From: Pseudogymnoascus verrucosus
Lineage: Eukaryota
Strand: one strand, 5' to 3'
DNA length: 64,000 nucleotides
NCBI GenBank assembly: GCA_001662655.1
Contig: KV460247.1
Part shown: in pieces, positions 58,405 through 64,000 of the stretch
Layout of the letters: each line of letters starts with the position of its first letter
How positions within the stretch are numbered: the first letter of the stretch is position 1
Made by a program: the position numbers and the translations under genes
The notes under the pieces: model-generated
The model's database searches: none
Seen by the model: the letters and a program-made list of their open reading frames with translations, nothing else
What the model was told of the DNA's origin: nothing

Positions 58405-61400
58405 ATGTTTTCGGGCTCCAACTCGTACCTGGGCGGAAATGCCGGCCGCCCTACAGGCCCGCCGCAGCAGCAGCAGCAGTTCAACTCCTATAACCAGAAT
58501 CAACAACCAAATAGCTTTCCTCAGCAACAGCATGCCCAAACCGGGGGGTTTCAGATGAACCCGCAGCCTACGGGCTTTCAACCTCAGCCGACCGGTTTCC
58601 AGCAGCCTGCGCCGTTGCAATCCCAATACACTGGCTTCCCAGGCGCCCAGCCTCAATATGGCCAGCAGCAGCATGACTTTGGAGCTCCGCCGATGCCAAT
58701 GCAGCAACCTCAGCAGCAGCAGCAGCAACCCCAAGCACCGGTCCTACCCCAGCCGACGGGGTTTAGCCAAATGGCAGCTTCCTTCCAGACGGGAGATTCG
58801 AAACCAAAGGGCAGACGACAACCACAAGCCAAGTCGACAAAGATACCGAGCATACGGCTATCGTTCATTACCGCTAAAGACCAGGCGCAGTTCGAAACTC
58901 TCTTCAAGTCTGCTGCGGGGGATGACCAGGCCCTCTCGGGAGATAAGTCTAGGGATATATTATTACGATCAAACTTAGACGGAGACTCTCTGTCCCAAAT
59001 ATGGTATGGATAGGTCTCGCTGTCAGATTTTCACCGGCTAACATCAGTAGGACTCTTGCGGATACGACAAGATCAGGACACTTATTGTTCCCCGAATTCG
59101 CATTGGCTATGTATCTATGTAATTTAAAGCTCGTTGGCAAGCAGTTACCACCATCGCTTCCAGAGCATATTAGAAACGAAGTTTCAAGCATGGTCGATAT
59201 TATAAACTTCGGCGTCGCTGACGATGCGCCTCAACCAAGAACGAACGTCCCCGACTTTAATACTCGATCTTCAACTGCGTCGCCCCCTACGATCCAGCAG
59301 CCGCAACCAATGGCATCGAACTCCCAGCTACTTACAGCACAAATGACCGGATTCCAGCAGCCGCAACAAACTGGCTTCCAGGGAGGGTTTCAGCCGCAGC
59401 CAACTGGGTTTGGTGGTCAGCAGCAAAACTTCCAAAATGCGACCAACCCGCAGGCTACTGGCTACACTGGACCACGGCCACCAATGCCTCCTATGCCAAC
59501 TGGGTATGGACAGGGTGGCGGCTTAATGCCCCCCGGTGGTGGGATGGGAGGCATGGTGGCGCCACTCAACGCCCAGCCAACAGGAGTTCCTGGCCAGTGG
59601 GGATTGGTAAATGCCCCAGCTACGGGGCTTCCCAACATCGATGCGCTGCAAGCTCGCATGATGCCTCAGCAAGGCCGCGAGCAAGGCAACTTCACCACCG
59701 CTGGCTTGTCTGGAAATGCTGTTATCCCATGGGCTGTGACAAAGGATGAGAAGACGAGATATGACTCTCTTTTCAAGGCCTGGGACGGTTTGGGCAAGGG
59801 CTTCATTGGTGGCGATGTTGCTATTGAAGTCTTTGGACAGAGTGGCCTCCCTAAGCCTGATCTCGAAAGAGTTTGGACTCTGGCAGATAACGGAAACAAG
59901 GGTCGCTTGAACATGGATGAATTTGCAGTTGCCATGCATTTAATCTACAGAAAGCTTAACGGATACCCGCTTCCTGCTCAACTGCCAGCCGAGCTTGTGC
60001 CGCCTTCGACTAGAAACTTCAACGATTCTATTGGAACTGTGAAGTCTCTTCTTCAGCAGGAGTCTGCATATAGAAAGGATTCTGGCGCCAACCTGCTTCC
60101 CCAGAAGACTGGCGTCAGCTACTTGAAGAACCACTCGTTCCGCGGCGATTCGAACCAACTTAGGAGCAATCGTAAAGATGCCACCGTTTTCAAGAACAAC
60201 GACGACGATGTTGGATATAAATCAAGCGCTCGTAGACGCTTAGGCACTGGATCACCACGCCCAGAATCTCCGTCCTCGACTACAAGCGAAGACCTTACCT
60301 TGGACCAGCTAAAGAAGAAAATCCGCGAGAAGCAAGTGGTTCTTGACGCGCTCGACTTCAAGGATGAGAATGCTGCCGAGGAGGATGACGTTCTTGACAG
60401 ACGTGATCGCCGGGAAGCGGATGAGCTTTACAGGCGCATCCGTCGTGTTCAAGAGGACATTGACAGCCACCCAGACGCAGCACTCCGAAATGTGGACTCA
60501 GGGGCTGAACGCCGCGCCCTGAAGCGTCAATTGCAGACGCTAACAGATAGCCTACCTGACATCGCAAGCCAAGTCCGCCGCACAGAGCGCGCCATCGCCG
60601 AAGCAAAGCTTGAGCTCTTCCGCCTTAAGGATGCCAAGGCTCACCCAAGCACTGCGTCAAGCATCGTTGGAACTGGACCAGGTGGTTCCGTGACCGAGTC
60701 AGACAGACTCAAGGCACGAGCTAAGGCTATGATGCAACAGCGTTCTGCGGCCCTTACCGGAAAGAAGATCGAGACTGTTGATGAGGACCTTGCAGCTCCC
60801 AAACGTCTGGAGGAGGAAAACATTAAAATCAAGACGGAACGTGAGAACAACGAGAGAATGGTCAAGGATGTCGAGGATAGCGTTCGTGAGTTTGCGCAGG
60901 GTCTTGAGGATGGCTTAAAGGAGGGATCTCAAAGTTCGTCGAGCGAGCATGAGAAGCGCAGATGGGAGGACGGACTTGGTGTTGAGGACGAAGTCAAGGA
61001 TTTCATCTTTGATTTGCAAAGGTCGACCAGAAGTGCCAGGGTTCGCAATGAAGATCGTTCTACCAGTAGAGGCACAGTGGAAGATAGACGCGATCGCGAT
61101 ACTTCCGCATCCCGTTTCCGAAGCAGTGCTTCGCCAGCGCCGACAAGTTCCCGCCAAAGCTCCTCCCCCGCACCAAGTGGCGGCGGTGGCTCGTACGCCT
61201 CTTACAAGACCCCTGAAGAAAGAGCTGCCTTTATCAAGCAGCAGGCTGAGCAACGCATGGCTGAACGTCTGGCTGCCCTGGGTATCAAGGCTCCTTCCAA
61301 GTCTGGCGAGAGCGCTCACCAGAGGGCAGAGCGCGAGAAGAATGAGCGGGCAGCTAAACTTCGCCAAGCTGAGGAGGAAGATGCGAAGCGCGAGAATGAG

Positions 61401-62774
61401 AGACAGGCGAGAATAGCTCAGGAGGAGGGTCGCCCTGCGCCAGCAGCTGCTGCCTCCCCAGAGGTTGCCAAGAAGCCACCCCCACCTCCAACGAGGAAGG
61501 CTGCTAAGAGCGAGGTGGAAACCCCAAGAAAGGCTGAGGAGGACAGAGTCCATCAAGAACATGAGGCTCAGCAGATAGCAACTAAGGAACTGGAGTAAGT
61601 CTCATTGACGCTAATGATGGAAATATGCTAATTTTATAGGGATGATGCACAGCGCCAGGAACGCGAGATTGCCCAGGAGCGCGAGGCCACCGAAGCCCGC
61701 TTGAAGGCCCTCGAGGAGCAAGTCAAGGCCGGTAAGATCAAGAAGGAAGAGGAGAGGCGCAGAAGGAAGGCAGCGCAAGCCGAGGCGAAGGAAAAGGAAG
61801 CAAAGCTTGCCGCCCAGCGTGCTGAGATTGAAACTGCTCGCCAACGCGAGATTGAGCTTCAGCGTCAACTTGAGGCCATTGATGACGAGAGTTCGTCGGA
61901 CGAGGAGGGTCCCCAGGACATCACTCCCCAGGCAGCAACTCCTCCGAGAGCCGCCGAGAAGCAGGTATCCCCACCAGCGCCAGCGCCTCCTATCATCACG
62001 GCAACCTCTCCCCCATCAGCTGCGGCCAGCACCTCGAACATCAGCTCCCCACAGGCAGATACCGCCACCCGCAACCCCTTCTTCAAGAACTTGGGCCAGC
62101 CGATGGTTCCAGGAGCAGGCGCCCCTGTTGCATCGCCCCCCGTCGCATCGCCTCCTACACAGGACACAAACCCATTCCATCGTCTTCCTCCGCAACAAGC
62201 TGCCGCCAAGGCTCCCGAGCCAGTCCAGCCCAGCCCAACAGGCGCAAGACCTTCTCGCGTCCGCCCAGAAGAAGACGAGTGGTCCGTTGTCGGTTCCGAC
62301 CGCGAGGACTCCTCCGACGAAGAGGAAGGACCTGGTGCCGGAAACGCACGCCAGCTTGCCTCGATGCTATTTGGAACCATGGCGCCTCCCCGCCCACTTT
62401 CTGCTGCCGATGACACACGCGCTTTCTCCCCGGTTAGCCCTGGCGTGACGTCCCCAGTGGCCGAGACTCCTACTCCCACTGGCGCTCCACCAGCACCTCC
62501 CCCACCGCCTCCAATGCCTGGTATGGGCGCGCCGCCTAGTGCACCACCGCCACCTCCTATGCCTGGTATGGGTGCTCCTGGTGCGCCACCTCCGCCACCA
62601 CCTCCTCCTCCAGGTGCGGGACCACCTCCGCCTCCGATGCCGCCTGCAGGCGGACCGCCAGCGGCGGGTAGACCTATGGCACTACTTGGCGAGATCCAGG
62701 GCGGTCGCCAGCTGAGGAAGACGCAGACGAAGGATAACAGTAGCGCTTCGGTTGCGGGTAGGGTTTTGGATTAG
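58405..62774 (+). CDS. PAN1: Actin cytoskeleton-regulatory complex protein Pan1; introns 59004-59050 and 61595-61639
   Basis: QPTG/QxTG repeats, two EH domains ([36 protein letters not shown]), coiled coil, NPF motifs, poly-Pro region and WH2-like [15 protein letters not shown]. Confidence 0.95.
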
Positions 62775-63031
62775 TTTGTACAAAGATAGTGGAGGTGTTG
62801 GGATTTGGATGAGGCTTGACGAGGTCGAGTAGAGTGTATGGTACATAGCAACCCCCTCGGGGTTTATTCTAGAAATCCTTTACCTTTATAACCACGCACA
62901 TTTGTCTCATAGGTCTTTCGTGGATAATGGTCATGTATTGAATTTGTTATGGATCTCGCGGCATCCACATCTCCACTTGATAACCCCCCCACAAGCCCTC
63001 CAGCCCACCAAAAAAAAATGCAAAAAGATAA

Positions 63032-63150
63032 TGAACAGAGTGGGACTCGAACCCACGCCACTTTCGTGACCAGGAAACTATATGATGATATATCACATGT
63101 ATTAAGGTATAACCTTAACCTGGCGCCATAACCATCTCGGCCATCTGTCC
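63032..63150 (-). tRNA. tRNA-Leu(AAG) with 37-nt intron (63112-63076)
   Basis: Minus strand reads GGACAGA TGGCCGAGATGGTTATGGCG CCAGG TT AAG G [intron] T CCTGG, long variable arm CACGAAAGTG, GTGGGTTCGAGTCCCAC, TCTGTTC A. Oligo-T terminator downstream. Confidence 0.95.
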
Positions 63151-63675
63151 TACTTGATGTGTTGAGGTGCGGTGTAATTTGGAATATTTGTTGCCGAAAA
63201 AGTTTTATATCAAAATCTCATAATATTATAATGTGGAAAAAATTATGAATTGTGAATTAATCGAAGATTATAGATTTTTTGGGGGGATTTATTTAGCTTA
63301 GATAATATAGTATAATATATTTAAATGGGATATCGCTATAAATACAAAAGCTAACTAAGAGCTTAGTTATACAGCCTGCAGATGAGGCGTGGCTTGACGT
63401 AGACAATATTACAGTCTGCCGTTAATATCATACAATGTCCCTGCTGCTTGTACACACATTAGAATGCCTATCCGTTGCCTGCAGCCCTCGTACAAGCAGG
63501 TGTATCCGCCGCCAAAGGCAGCTGTGCCCCAACAGCCCTTATCCCAAACTAAGGCAGGCCACGGCCCTCGATAGTCGGTATGCCGCAGTGATATCGCCTC
63601 GTCATATCCAATGCGCCTTTGTATCTTGACTCCTTCCATAACACAGCCTACACAGTCTCAAAGTTGAATCGGCAA

Positions 63676-64000
63676 TCACGGTTGCTTGGGCTTCGCTAGG
63701 GCAGCTTCGAGCTGACTCTCGAGTTGAAGGATTTCATCTAAATATGTGTGAGTTCGTCACTCTGCACCGCTCGTGGCATGGTCCATACTTTGTCGCTCCG
63801 ACTTGATCTCGTCCTTCTCCAGCTTCACCCAGAAGTAGTACGATAGTTGGTATGTGAATGTTGCCATGAGCAGGACCTTTGCGATCGGGCGGGTGAAGGT
63901 TTTGTAGAAGTTTACCTGTTGGGGCCAGGGAAATTAGCTTCGTCAACACGCGGGCTGGGAATAGCTGCACGTACGTGACCAGATACGGGCTTGGGGGCGT
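63676..64000 (-). CDS. 3' part of a small single-TM protein, Ina17-like (mitochondrial inner membrane assembly complex); exons >64000-63975, 63915-63789, 63737-63676
   Basis: Spliced translation VNFYKTFTRPIAKVLLMATFTYQLSYYFWVKLEKDEIKSERQNEILQLESQLEAALAKPKQP*; canonical splice sites with consistent phases. Confidence 0.7.

Overview
Gene-dense, intron-containing genomic DNA from a filamentous ascomycete (Pezizomycotina; Leotiomycetes is a guess from gene style). Introns are short GT-AG with CTRAC/CTAAT branch sites. The window carries about 25 protein genes, mostly housekeeping: taxilin-like (partial), nitronate monooxygenase, dolichol kinase, FAM32A-like, a GPI-type cell-surface protein, SAC7-like RhoGAP, TIM9, NUP188, trifunctional TRP1, a BRCT+WGR protein, RAM2, ERG12, a 2EXR protein, STE24, mitochondrial L34, class I G-alpha, REX3, a DUF676 esterase, sphingolipid C9-methyltransferase, PAN1 and a partial INA17-like gene. 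It also has an intron-containing tRNA-Leu(AAG). The most interesting points are: (1) a well-formed box H/ACA snoRNA (~8418-8559) in an apparent intron of a non-coding host, with a plausible LSU rRNA target; (2) RAM2, ERG12 and STE24, three steps of CaaX prenylation, within 7.6 kb; (3) a 65-aa Cys-rich microprotein ending in a CaaX box; (4) a three-exon gene missing from the ORF track, broken by one +1 frameshift at TTC-TGA; (5) a candidate Pol I A14/Ker1 orthologue; (6) a 4 x ~165-bp non-coding tandem array; (7) a repeated G-rich/C-rich skew flip across intergenic spacers. No transposon, CRISPR or rRNA was seen. All family calls come from recognised motifs; no database searches were run.
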